Positions 52,526-62,612 of a stretch of 64,000 nt of DNA are shown piece by piece. The notes beneath the pieces were generated by a model, which was given only the letters and a program-made list of their open reading frames with translations, made no database searches and had not been told where the DNA came from. The DNA is taken from the NCBI GenBank assembly GCA_029838195.1, contig JALGVJ010000007.1:32001-96000 (forward strand). The letters are read 5' to 3'. A program made the translations under genes and the position numbers. The stretch is from Promethearchaeota archaeon (GTDB lineage Archaea > Asgardarchaeota > Lokiarchaeia > Sigyniarchaeales > SOKP01). Within the stretch, counting starts at the first letter, position 1. The number at the start of each line of letters is the position of its first letter.

Positions 52526-53209
52526 TCATGGGGGTTTAGAACTGGTTAAGAGTCTCATGATATAATCAGCCACCCCTTCGATTGAATCTGAGATTGCTTC
52601 AATTATATCCATCGTATTGCCTACAGTGAAAATTGTAAAGGCATTCACGTGGAATTCCGTTTCTTGAAAACTCTTTCGGAGGGCAATATTTAATATATCT
52701 ATTTCGTGTTCAATGCTATTAATCTCTCTTGCATAATCTTTTACATTTTTTCTTTCGCCAAGTAAGTCCATTACAATTTTATCGAGAAATTCCACACATT
52801 TTTCGGTTTTCGCCATCATCTCTAAGATAATTGATTTGCTTTCTTCGCTACATTCCTCCCAAAATTTAAAAGGAATGGTATTTATTCTACGGGCTACTCC
52901 TGTAGCACAATCCGCCACTCCATCTTGCCTTCTAATTAAATGAGAAAGGTCCATTCGGACACTGGAGGATAATTCTCCCGAAGAGATTTCTTTTTGTATT
53001 TTCCTTCTAAGTTCATCGGCTTCTTTCTCAATTTTATCAACAATTTTAAATTTTTGATGGGCCTCTTCCACTTTCTTATCCTTAATGAGGAGCTGAATTC
53101 CTATATTTAGTTCCCGCACACAATCTTGAACTTTTTTAGCGTGAGAAATAGATTTCTCTAGTACAGAGGCCGCTGTTTTTAATTTAAAATATTCTATAAG
53201 TGACCCCAT
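52526..53209 (-). CDS. DUF47/PhoU-like phosphate transport regulator
   Basis: IEKEADELRR, QDGVAD, IEHEID, ISDSIEGVAD. Confidence 0.88.
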   Translation of the reverse strand: MGSLIEYFKLKTAASVLEKSISHAKKVQDCVRELNIGIQLLIKDKKVEEAHQKFKIVDKIEKEADELRRKIQKEISSGELSSSVRMDLSHLIRRQDGVADCATGVARRINTIPFKFWEECSEESKSIILEMMAKTEKCVEFLDKIVMDLLGERKNVKDYAREINSIEHEIDILNIALRKSFQETEFHVNAFTIFTVGNTMDIIEAISDSIEGVADYIMRLLTSSKPP

Positions 53210-53286
53210 TGTTTTTCTTATTTTTCTTTCTTTAGCATGTATTTCATTACTTTTCTATATATTATTTCATTCTAAATAAGTTTAAC

Positions 53287-54315
53287 TTAAAAAAAGCCAT
53301 TAAGGAGAAACATGTAATAAATAACTCCCGCAAATAGAGCGGCCATGGGAAATGTAAGTACCCAAAACACAGCCATTTTTGCAAATCCTTTATAATCAAC
53401 TTCCTTCTTTTGTGCAATATTCATCCCTAAAATACAGAATACAATTACATGACTATGAGAAATAGGAAGCCCCAAAAACGTGCAAATCATGAGGATAATA
53501 GCAGAAGATAATTGAATAATGAACCCTTCACTAGGACGGGCTTCGGTCATGTGAGAGGCTAAATTTTTTATAACAAATCGTCCAACTAAAAAAATCCCTA
53601 AAAAAACAAAAATTCCACAAATTACCACGTAAAATTGATATTCTCCCCATGTTAATGATTCATTATTATAGAGACCATAAAAAATGCCAATGCATTCTGC
53701 AGAGTTACCCCCCACCCAGATTTCAGCAAATATTACCGCTAAAAAGAGCAACCAATTAAATCTTTTTTCACTTTTTTCGATCATAGTTAATCCTTTTAAC
53801 CGGGAAAGGATCAATTTGGCAATGATCTTGAAAAGGATAAATGTTATTAATAATCCGAACAAGGGTGATAAGAACCATCCAATTACTACATTCAAAAGTT
53901 TTGTATAATTAAATGCTTGTTCAATCCTCAAATCTTTATAAAATAAAGCATAAACGATAACAACTCCGAATATGCTTCCAACAGTGCTATGCGTAGAGGA
54001 TAAAGGAATTCCCGAGAGACTTCCAATAATTAACCATAAAATAGAACTAATTAATACTGCCAATAACATGAAAGTCGTGTATTTGATACCAGGTCCTAAA
54101 ATATCCGCGCCTACTGTTTTCCCCACGCCTCTACTAAAAAAAATCATTCCAAAACCGGCAGCCAACCCACCTAATAAAAGAGCCGTTCGAAATTTAATTA
54201 CACCAGAGCCTACTAATGGAGCGAGAGTTTCATCATTGGCACCTATGGAAAAAGCAAGAGATATGCCCATTACAATTAGAACTTGAATTAGAATTAATGT
54301 AAGTTGATCAGCCAT
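53287..54315 (-). CDS. pit: Inorganic phosphate transporter, PiT family
   Basis: GANDE, PLSSTHS, GGNS, PISHSH signatures. Confidence 0.92.
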   Translation of the reverse strand: MADQLTLILIQVLIVMGISLAFSIGANDETLAPLVGSGVIKFRTALLLGGLAAGFGMIFFSRGVGKTVGADILGPGIKYTTFMLLAVLISSILWLIIGSLSGIPLSSTHSTVGSIFGVVIVYALFYKDLRIEQAFNYTKLLNVVIGWFLSPLFGLLITFILFKIIAKLILSRLKGLTMIEKSEKRFNWLLFLAVIFAEIWVGGNSAECIGIFYGLYNNESLTWGEYQFYVVICGIFVFLGIFLVGRFVIKNLASHMTEARPSEGFIIQLSSAIILMICTFLGLPISHSHVIVFCILGMNIAQKKEVDYKGFAKMAVFWVLTFPMAALFAGVIYYMFLLNGFF

Positions 54316-54337
54316 CGTTTATCTCTTAAAAAATAAT

Positions 54338-55000
54338 TCATTCAAAAATCAAGTATTTTGTTGCAAGAAATTGAATGTATTCTGAAAAATTCTTTAAGTG
54401 ATCTGCCAGCATCATTATTCCTTCAATGAATTCTTTAAGATATAAAAAAGTTCTGGAAAGATAATCCATATCGTAATTCCAGAGAGTGGTCAAGAGTTTC
54501 CATTCTGCTTTCCTCATCCGCCTTCTTTCTTCTTTAATATTTTCACAGAGATCCCGAGATTTACTCAAATCCGTAGAAATAAACTTGATCGCTTCCGTAA
54601 TGTTCATGGAAAGCATTTTAAGAGATTTTAAAATGTTTTGAACTTGAAGCTTAAAATTTTCATCCGGAAAAATGACTCTATATATTAATAATTTATGAGC
54701 TAAATATTCTCCAATATTTTTAGTATCATTAATTTTTCTAAAGACTTTTAACCTATCCGCCTTCGAAAACATTAACTTAGTTTTAAAAATTTTTGATTCA
54801 AAAGTTTTTTTTATCTCTTCTTCTTTTGCGGTTTCTATTACGGACTTTAAACTTTTTTCAAAATTGTCAAAATCCTCTTCCACCAAATATTCAATTCCTT
54901 GAATGAGGAGTAAATTTTGGTCATTTATAAACTCGGCAAATAATTCTGTAAGTTCATCAACATTTAATTTTTTGAGATCTAGCGTCTCTAATTTATTCAT
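54338..55000 (-). CDS. Divergent DUF47/PhoU-like helical protein
   Basis: Two helical repeats ending LADHLKNFSE; co-oriented upstream of pit. Confidence 0.6.
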   Translation of the reverse strand: MNKLETLDLKKLNVDELTELFAEFINDQNLLLIQGIEYLVEEDFDNFEKSLKSVIETAKEEEIKKTFESKIFKTKLMFSKADRLKVFRKINDTKNIGEYLAHKLLIYRVIFPDENFKLQVQNILKSLKMLSMNITEAIKFISTDLSKSRDLCENIKEERRRMRKAEWKLLTTLWNYDMDYLSRTFLYLKEFIEGIMMLADHLKNFSEYIQFLATKYLIFE

Positions 55001-55353
55001 GATAAGAACAGTATTTTTATTTTTATTTTTATTTTTTAATTTTAAAGACCCACGTGTTTAAAAATCATTTATTTTTTAAATTGTTTATAATTTTGAATTT
55101 CAATTATTAGTGCACATTAATAAACTACAAGTTTTTGAAAAAACATTTAATTCAGCTTGAGGATTAGTACAAGCATGGTTTCTTGCTTCTTAAAACTCAA
55201 ATCCAGAATATTGAAAAACTCTTGAGGCAAATATAAGAAACATGTTTCTCTTTTCGTCCAATTTTACAAGGAAACCCTAGATTCACATTTAATCATGAAA
55301 ATAATAAAGAAAGATCCGTGAATAATTAAAAAAAAATATGTAATAAGTTAAAA

Positions 55354-56769
55354 TTAAAGAGCTGGACGCTTATCTTGCCACGGTGCTAACTTTTCGAATG
55401 CTCTGGAAACTTGAAGCACCAGTAAATCTTGAAAACGATTACCGATTATTTGCATGCCAATAGGTAATCCTTCTTTTGACCAGCCACAGGGAATGGATGC
55501 AGCAGGCAACCATGTAAGATTTAAGGGAAAAGAAAAGGCCTGCCAAGCTGTTGGAGAGACATTTTTTCCATTGATTTGAGGGGGAAACATCAGCCCTAAT
55601 TTGAATGCAGGAATGGCAGTCATCGGAGTTATGAGAATATCAATTTCTTTAAAAATTTGATAAAAGGTTTTATATATTTCTTTTCTCTGATTTAGCGCTC
55701 GCATTATGGCCATTCCATCATAGCCTAATCCAGCCTCTACCAATTTAATTAATTCCGGATCTAATTTATCTCGCCATTCATTAAGCTTAGGTTTTAAATC
55801 ATAAGCTAACATTGACGTCCAAAGGGTATAAAAACATAATTCCGGTTTTCGTAATTTCATCTTAATCTCTTCTACAGTCCAGTTCAATTGTTCCAATTTT
55901 TTTACTGAATTCAATACGGCTTCTTTAACTTCCTCATCTACGACTTTAGCATATCCTAAATTCATGGAAAATCCAATCTTAAGCTTTTTGGGTGTTTCTT
56001 CAATTTTATCGAAATAGTTGATGGGATCGGCCGGAAGAGAATATCTATCTCCGTGATGAGATCCTTTCATGGCATCTAACATGAGAGCTGCATCTTTCAC
56101 GTATCTGACGATGGGGCCAATGTGAGAGAGCGTGTGTCCCATGAAATAAACACTGGGATAAACGGAAACACGCCCGAAACTTGGTTTTAGACCATATAGT
56201 CCACAGAAACAAGCAGGGATTCGAATAGAGCCTCCTCCGTCTGAACCTTGTGCCAAAGGACTCATTCCTGCAGCTACGGCAGAGGCGGCCCCACCACTGG
56301 AGCCTCCAGAAGTACGAGTAAGATCCCATGGATTTTTCGTTGTTCCAAATAGATAATTATCTGTGACTCCTTTAAATCCAAATTCTGGCGTGTTGGTTTT
56401 TCCTAGTAGTACGATACCCGCATCTTTTAACCGAGAAACATAAACCGTATCTTCCGTTGGCATAAAATTTTCATAAATTTTTGATCCAAAAGTAGTTCGT
56501 ATTCCTTTTGTCAAGGCCAAATCCTTAATTGATGTGGGGATTCCGTTGAGGATTCCAATTTTTTCTCCCTTTTTTACTTTTTCATCCGCAGTTTTAGCCA
56601 TTTCTCTTGCCAAATCGAAAGTTGGAGTACAATAGGAATTCAAAAGGGGATTATATTTTTCAATGCGTTCAATGATGATTTCTGTGAGTTCTTGTGACAA
56701 TAGCTCTTGAGTCTCGATTTTTTCTTTCATTTTCCAAGCGGGTAAAAAACAAATATCTTCTTTACTCAT
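55354..56769 (-). CDS. Amidase-signature family enzyme
   Basis: [34 protein letters not shown]. Confidence 0.95.
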   Translation of the reverse strand: MSKEDICFLPAWKMKEKIETQELLSQELTEIIIERIEKYNPLLNSYCTPTFDLAREMAKTADEKVKKGEKIGILNGIPTSIKDLALTKGIRTTFGSKIYENFMPTEDTVYVSRLKDAGIVLLGKTNTPEFGFKGVTDNYLFGTTKNPWDLTRTSGGSSGGAASAVAAGMSPLAQGSDGGGSIRIPACFCGLYGLKPSFGRVSVYPSVYFMGHTLSHIGPIVRYVKDAALMLDAMKGSHHGDRYSLPADPINYFDKIEETPKKLKIGFSMNLGYAKVVDEEVKEAVLNSVKKLEQLNWTVEEIKMKLRKPELCFYTLWTSMLAYDLKPKLNEWRDKLDPELIKLVEAGLGYDGMAIMRALNQRKEIYKTFYQIFKEIDILITPMTAIPAFKLGLMFPPQINGKNVSPTAWQAFSFPLNLTWLPAASIPCGWSKEGLPIGMQIIGNRFQDLLVLQVSRAFEKLAPWQDKRPAL

Positions 56770-57126
56770 TTACTTTTTTTTCCTCCATTTTTTAATATTA
56801 TGGGAGAATGATAATTGACCGAGAAGTTTTTAGATTTATAGTATTAAGCACGTCTTCGCTTAAAAATATCATGTAGTTAAATCTAAATTATTTAGAAATT
56901 ATTTAAATTTACGCATAAATATTCCAATCAATTACGTGCATAAATTTTATTAGAAAGCGAAAGATTTCTGGTGATTAACTTTTTGTTTTAAAATTAACGA
57001 AAATTTAAAAAATAAAAAAAATTCTTTACAAACTAAAGTTCGCTTCTAATCACTAAAATTTTTTCCTTTAATTATAAGATGGATTATATCAAGGGAAAAA
57101 GAAAATAAATAAATCTTCAACTGCTT

Positions 57127-60100
57127 TTATAAAGGAACATGTAATCGCGCTTTAATTTTCACGGGTCCTATTAGCCCAGAAGGCATTAAGTTTTTTTTCT
57201 TGTGTTGTTTCCAATCTTTTCCACCTTTCTTGCCATATCCCGTAAGCCTATTTCGCAAGGTGGGTGTTATTTCAATTTTTATTATATTTTTACCTATTTT
57301 AATAGCTTTTGTTATATCTACTTCATATGGATACACTAATAATGTTTCCACTTCTTTTTCATTGATGATAATTCTTGCGACATCATGAACTTGATTAATG
57401 GATAAATAGACATGATAGTTGGCTTTAAAATAGGCTTCGGATAAATTAAAACTCGTGGTATAAATTCCCTTACCGGAGCAATATTTTACTTGCTCAATCT
57501 CACGCCAATCTATCAGCGAATTCAATTCGAGCTCGACGAGAGTGAAACTTCCATCCAAGTTTCTTCGATTTACGGATAAATGCCAATTTTTAAGTTCTAT
57601 CGGAGGAGGCATGTCCTCTTTTATTTCAATTTTTTTCATTGAGCCATCGCTTAATTTAATTTCGTGCATGCTAGCTTTTTCAATGATTCCATATAATTGA
57701 TCATTTTCTCGAATAAGGTCAATGGGGCTTTGAACGGCATGAATGTATTCTTCTATTCTTTTAAATTTAATTAAAAATGAACCGTAGGGAGGAAAATGCA
57801 AAGCCATTAAAACACCTAATTCTTTAGTATCGTACTGGGCAGCTTTAGAAATATCTCCCGTCCAAGGATTAAGTATAAAAGGAATTTTCTCTTGTCTTGT
57901 AAATAAGGTTGATAATCTTAAAGATTTATTAGTAGAATTTCTCAGGAAATAATAATCCGCATCATCAGTTACTTTATGAATGAATTGTATTGAATTTTGA
58001 GAAGGTTCATATACGATCTGGGGAATTATATTCAATTGTTTAGTTAAATAATCAGAAATCTTGATAGTATTCTTGATTAATTGAACGTTGGGAAGTTTAA
58101 CTAATTCATCCATTAGAGAGGAGATCTTTGCATCGTTTTCCTTATGATTTAAGAAGCCTGGCTGTCGTGAGGGAAGAGCCTCTAAAAATAAAAGGTTTAT
58201 TCCCTTATCGGCAATTTCTTCTAATTTTTTGGCTAATTCAAGGGAAATAGACTTAATATTTGGAAGGATGAGGACTTTAACGGTAGTAGCTCCGATTTTT
58301 AAGAATTCATTCTCAATTTTCGCATTTAATAGGCTTTCTTCATTTACGTGAAAATAATAATAGCCATTAAAAACCAGATCGTCTCCAAGCTCTTGTAATG
58401 AATGCGTCCACTTTTCCTCAGTATCCCATTTCTCTTTTTTTTTAGGATATGCATCGATCTGATTCTTGGCTTTTAGAGCATCGTTCTCATCTAAATATCC
58501 CCCAACTAATTCTTCATTTTTTAAAACGGTATCCGGGTAATTCCGGATTGAATAATAAATGGCTACATCACAAACCGTTTTTCCTCGCTGCATTACTAAT
58601 TGACAGCGAGTAATGTATTGATTCATGGCTGGAAAAAATTCCCAGAAGGGATTCATTCTACTGAAATTAGAAGAAAAAGTCATTAATTTCGGAACATGCG
58701 GCGTGGAAAATGCGCAATACCCCGGGTATGGAAATGAAGGATGTTGATAAGGGAATCCATGATAGATCATCTGATTAATTCCGGCAATAAAAAGCCTATC
58801 TGCCCCAACTTTCCATTTTAATGGCGTGGTCATATAATCCCGCTGATTCCACACGAGCGATTCGGCCGAGACAATGGGAGATTCATGAATGATCCCCGCC
58901 GAACCCGCGAGTTTTAGAAAATCGATGACACCTCCCCCATAAAGCTGTTCGGTTTCTGGAATGTGTGCTCTTCCGTAAGCTTTAAGAGTGTCTGCTCGAA
59001 TTCCGTAGGCTTGAATTCTACTTTTCACGTTATTTTTATCTGCCCATTGTTTTATGATTTCCAAAAATTCTTCGGTGAAAAGATCCGATATCGTGAGTTC
59101 ATAATCATATCTAATGCGCTTCCCTATATCCGTATCTTTGAAATCAAAAGCTGGAGGGGAGATTCCAAAAAACACGTGAAGATATTTGTTATCTCTATTA
59201 GGAACGAAACAAAGGGGTAAAAAGGGCGTTAAATCATAGCCTCTTCTCTTATAAAATTGCTCTAGAAAGTCATCTGACCATAACCAATCAGAACTTAATT
59301 CTAAACTGTCAGTAAAGAAAGCTCTCAAAGTTTTTCCAAAATATTTTCCATAATACTTTTTACCAATTCCAAAATGAGCCTCTAAATGATATTTAATAGC
59401 TTCCGCAGAGAGATGGTCCAATACCAGACTGTCTCCTTCAGATGAGGAACGACAATCTCCTAAAGGTTTAGTTCCGGAAGGCCCCTTATAAAAAGCAAAA
59501 ACTTGCCATCTGCCTTCAGGAACTTCCCATTCAAAAAATCCCTCCTCATCTACTAATTTAGTTAGATTAATTAATGAATCTTTCTTTAAGTAAGCGGTTT
59601 TTACATTTCTATATTTTATCTTCCCCCTCTTTCCCACCGGTTGAGCAGCCATTAATGCTTCCAATTTCATATCGTTTTTAAAGAACTCTGCCACTTTAGT
59701 GCCTACAAGGATTTTGAAGAGAGGTTGGAGCTTATAAAATAAGGGTTTTTTAAATTTTGGAATCTTGCCTCTATAGAGTTTAGGCCCCTTGATTGTTTTT
59801 TCTCCCACGAGTAAGACTTTTAATGATTTCTCTTTCGTAATATGAGTGCCCCCGGCTGGCCAAGAAGAGCCAATTGTTAAATCTATTACCATTTCCCTTT
59901 TTGATGCCTCTTCGAGTAAAGCTTTAATCATTTCATGGTAATAAGGTTGCATGAATCTATGTGTTCGCTTGAGCCTTTCCTCATCCATTTTTTTTGGAGA
60001 GCCAATTAAAAAAGCTTGAATTTCTGCTCCATAAAAACCTGCCTCATCGAGTTCTCGTAATTCTCTTAAAAGTTCTTCTTTATCCACATCTAAGCCTGGC

Positions 60101-60183
60101 CACCACCACCGAACCATGGGGCGGGCAGATTTCGGGGGATTTTTAAATTCCTCGGGGTCGATGGTTGTTTTCATTAATGTCAT
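57127..60183 (-). CDS. Alpha-L-rhamnosidase-like glycoside hydrolase, GH106
   Basis: FKNPP..ARPMVRWWW, LVLDHLS, FFTDSLE, RRGYDL, PETE, GINQMIYHG, PSGLIGPV. Confidence 0.88.
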   Translation of the reverse strand: MTLMKTTIDPEEFKNPPKSARPMVRWWWPGLDVDKEELLRELRELDEAGFYGAEIQAFLIGSPKKMDEERLKRTHRFMQPYYHEMIKALLEEASKREMVIDLTIGSSWPAGGTHITKEKSLKVLLVGEKTIKGPKLYRGKIPKFKKPLFYKLQPLFKILVGTKVAEFFKNDMKLEALMAAQPVGKRGKIKYRNVKTAYLKKDSLINLTKLVDEEGFFEWEVPEGRWQVFAFYKGPSGTKPLGDCRSSSEGDSLVLDHLSAEAIKYHLEAHFGIGKKYYGKYFGKTLRAFFTDSLELSSDWLWSDDFLEQFYKRRGYDLTPFLPLCFVPNRDNKYLHVFFGISPPAFDFKDTDIGKRIRYDYELTISDLFTEEFLEIIKQWADKNNVKSRIQAYGIRADTLKAYGRAHIPETEQLYGGGVIDFLKLAGSAGIIHESPIVSAESLVWNQRDYMTTPLKWKVGADRLFIAGINQMIYHGFPYQHPSFPYPGYCAFSTPHVPKLMTFSSNFSRMNPFWEFFPAMNQYITRCQLVMQRGKTVCDVAIYYSIRNYPDTVLKNEELVGGYLDENDALKAKNQIDAYPKKKEKWDTEEKWTHSLQELGDDLVFNGYYYFHVNEESLLNAKIENEFLKIGATTVKVLILPNIKSISLELAKKLEEIADKGINLLFLEALPSRQPGFLNHKENDAKISSLMDELVKLPNVQLIKNTIKISDYLTKQLNIIPQIVYEPSQNSIQFIHKVTDDADYYFLRNSTNKSLRLSTLFTRQEKIPFILNPWTGDISKAAQYDTKELGVLMALHFPPYGSFLIKFKRIEEYIHAVQSPIDLIRENDQLYGIIEKASMHEIKLSDGSMKKIEIKEDMPPPIELKNWHLSVNRRNLDGSFTLVELELNSLIDWREIEQVKYCSGKGIYTTSFNLSEAYFKANYHVYLSINQVHDVARIIINEKEVETLLVYPYEVDITKAIKIGKNIIKIEITPTLRNRLTGYGKKGGKDWKQHKKKNLMPSGLIGPVKIKARLHVPL

Positions 60184-60444
60184 GATATTTTCTTATTATA
60201 TTTTTATAAGAATTGTTATATTAAGTAATGAAATGTTAAAATAATATATAAACCTTAATGCATTATATTTCATGCAATTATTACTTTTTATTTAAAAAAT
60301 ATTTAAGTTTAAATGGTTAATTTAAATTTTTCTCATTTATGTTCCGAGCTTGTAAATTAATAGGGTACAATCTAAGTCAAGAAGAATGGGATCTTATCCA
60401 AATTAAATACACGATAAAAGAGAATTAGAAAAAAGAGATTTTTT

Positions 60445-61416
60445 TCAAGCTTCTGTTTTATAAAACGGAGATTTACTTAATAACATCCGTTTTGCTATAG
60501 GTCTTACGATTAAAGGAAATAAACGATTCATAAAACGAGAAAATTCTACTTTTTTTTTAACTTCCTCAAAATAATCTTCGAGTGTATATCTTTGATATTG
60601 GAGTAATTCTTGGCTCTTTTGGGTATCCATGAACCCACAATGGAATTCTTCATTGCTAAATGCTTCTTGAGGTAAGAGATCTCCTCCCAAGCCGAAGAGA
60701 TCTAGCATTTTATGAATATAATCCCTGTAAATAATGCGACATTTAGGTCCTCCGGCAATATTGAGAATATTTCCCCATACCTCCGGTTTTTCAACGGCAT
60801 TAGCAATGGCATATCCCACATCTCTGGTATGGCAAATTTCTATGCATGTTTCTAAGGGCATGTGGAACATTAATGGATCCAGAGCAAGTTTCTCCATGGA
60901 AACAATGTAAGTTAATCGCAAAATTAACCACTCCAGAGAAGAATTTTGGATTAATTGTTCGCATTGAACTTTTTGATGGGCGTAAGGATCATCTTTATTT
61001 GGATTTATGGGATCCGTGGTTTTAATGAGGGGTGATTCACGCCTATCCCCATAAACAGCAATAGATGAGGTGAAAATTAATTTCGGTTTTTTCTTTTGAC
61101 ATTCCATGGCTTTTATCACGTTTTTCGTGCCTCCTACATTTACTTCTTCTGCTAAGGTAGGATTTTGATCTGCCAAAGGAGGAATAATTGCTCCCACATG
61201 AATAACTATATCAACATTGCTAACAGCTTTTTGAACTTCCGAATAATTTCTTAAATCTCCCCAGATTAATTCAATTTTATTCTCATATTTCTTAGCTATT
61301 TTTAAATTTTTGTCATTTTTTAATTCAAAAATTTTTATATCATGACCTCTCTCGATTAATTCTTCCAAAGTGCTCAAACCAACATTGCCAAATGCTCCTG
61401 TTAAAAGTATCTTCAT
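60445..61416 (-). CDS. NAD-dependent epimerase/dehydratase (extended SDR)
   Basis: TGAFGNVG, SSIAVYG, YAHQK. Confidence 0.9.
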   Translation of the reverse strand: MKILLTGAFGNVGLSTLEELIERGHDIKIFELKNDKNLKIAKKYENKIELIWGDLRNYSEVQKAVSNVDIVIHVGAIIPPLADQNPTLAEEVNVGGTKNVIKAMECQKKKPKLIFTSSIAVYGDRRESPLIKTTDPINPNKDDPYAHQKVQCEQLIQNSSLEWLILRLTYIVSMEKLALDPLMFHMPLETCIEICHTRDVGYAIANAVEKPEVWGNILNIAGGPKCRIIYRDYIHKMLDLFGLGGDLLPQEAFSNEEFHCGFMDTQKSQELLQYQRYTLEDYFEEVKKKVEFSRFMNRLFPLIVRPIAKRMLLSKSPFYKTEA

Positions 61417-61527
61417 TTACTTAATACCTCCAATAAAAATCAAGCTTCTGAACGAATTTATTCGTGTTAAATCAAAAAATATTTTTTATTAAAAAAATAT
61501 AATAATTTTAATAATATGAAAATATAG

Positions 61528-61541
61528 GTTGCCATTGCAAC
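61528..61541. promoter_or_regulatory. Palindrome GTTGC-CATT-GCAAC, candidate operator between the divergent SDR and regulator genes
   Basis: GC-containing dyad in a nearly pure AT spacer, upstream of a TTTATAAA TATA-like box. Confidence 0.4.
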
Positions 61542-61600
61542 TTCTTTAAATAATAAATAAAATAAATTTATAAATTCAAATTTTAAAGAGTATTGATCTA

Positions 61601-62314
61601 ATGAAAGCTATTCGCTTACAATTACCGGGAAATTTTTTGAAATATCTTGGTTTCCATGATATTTTTCAGGATATTGAATGGATAGAAATTTTACAAGCAT
61701 TTCAATATGATTCAACTCATTTATTTTCGATCCAACGAATGAAATTCATGCATTCTATCAATGACCCGTTGGACGTGTTTATTCAAACTAAGTTCAATCC
61801 AAAATTTTATCAAGTTTTAAATGTCATGGAGGACGAAATGACTTGCATCCTTAATCAAACTCGCTCTTCTGGGTTTTTTCCCATAATAGAATCGGGACCA
61901 TGGGCGTTTCGTTTTCCTATTCATGTTTCTAAAGAAAAAATCCTCTTGAGCATGATTGTACAAGAAGAATATCTCCCTAAATTGTATGAAATTTTAATGT
62001 CTTTCACGAACACTTATGAAATTCTTGCCAGCACGGATTTAGATAAAATTGAAGATATTAAAGATTTTTTTGGAGCTTATTTTTTACCTTTTCCAAATTT
62101 CACGAGAAGACAACGGGAATTAGCTACTTATGCTGCTGAGAAAGGGTATTTTCAATCACCAAAGAAAATAAGTGCGAAAGATATAGCTAAAAAATTTAAC
62201 ATTTCCGTTACAGCAGTAAATAAACACATGAACAACATTAAAAACATCGCAATGGAATATTTTTTTGGAAAACCTGAAAGATATATGACAAGAAGGAGAA
62301 ATACTGAATTGTAA
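61601..62314 (+). CDS. Transcriptional regulator with C-terminal bacterio-opsin-activator-type HTH (HTH_10)
   Basis: FTRRQRE...A..KGYFQSPKKISAKDIAKKFNIS..AV..H. Confidence 0.85.
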   Translation: MKAIRLQLPGNFLKYLGFHDIFQDIEWIEILQAFQYDSTHLFSIQRMKFMHSINDPLDVFIQTKFNPKFYQVLNVMEDEMTCILNQTRSSGFFPIIESGPWAFRFPIHVSKEKILLSMIVQEEYLPKLYEILMSFTNTYEILASTDLDKIEDIKDFFGAYFLPFPNFTRRQRELATYAAEKGYFQSPKKISAKDIAKKFNISVTAVNKHMNNIKNIAMEYFFGKPERYMTRRRNTEL

Positions 62315-62612
62315 AGCAAATAGGTATCTTTTGGTCTTCAAAGTAATTTTTAAACGCATTTTTAATTATAGAGTTACATCAAAATGGTGTGATTTTCGGA
62401 GAGTGTGAGTTTGCTCGATAACCCTTTCAATATTTTGGAAAAAAGATTGCTTCTATTAAAAAAATAATCATCAATTTCATGAGTATCTCATTTTTCTTGA
62501 ATTTTTTTCAAAAAAAATATAAAGGTGTACAGAAATTGTTTATTTAAGAAACATTGATTATTATAATTGTGAATAATAATAATAATAATTTATACAAGGA
62601 ATAAGGAATATC

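Noticed and set aside
55001-55353. Gene remnant or IS fragment in the spacer
   Set aside because: Only short, stop-interrupted frames; no terminal repeats or recognisable motifs.
62572-62589. (AAT)6 microsatellite upstream of the PAS gene as a phase-variable tract
   Set aside because: Short and plausible by chance in very AT-rich intergenic DNA.
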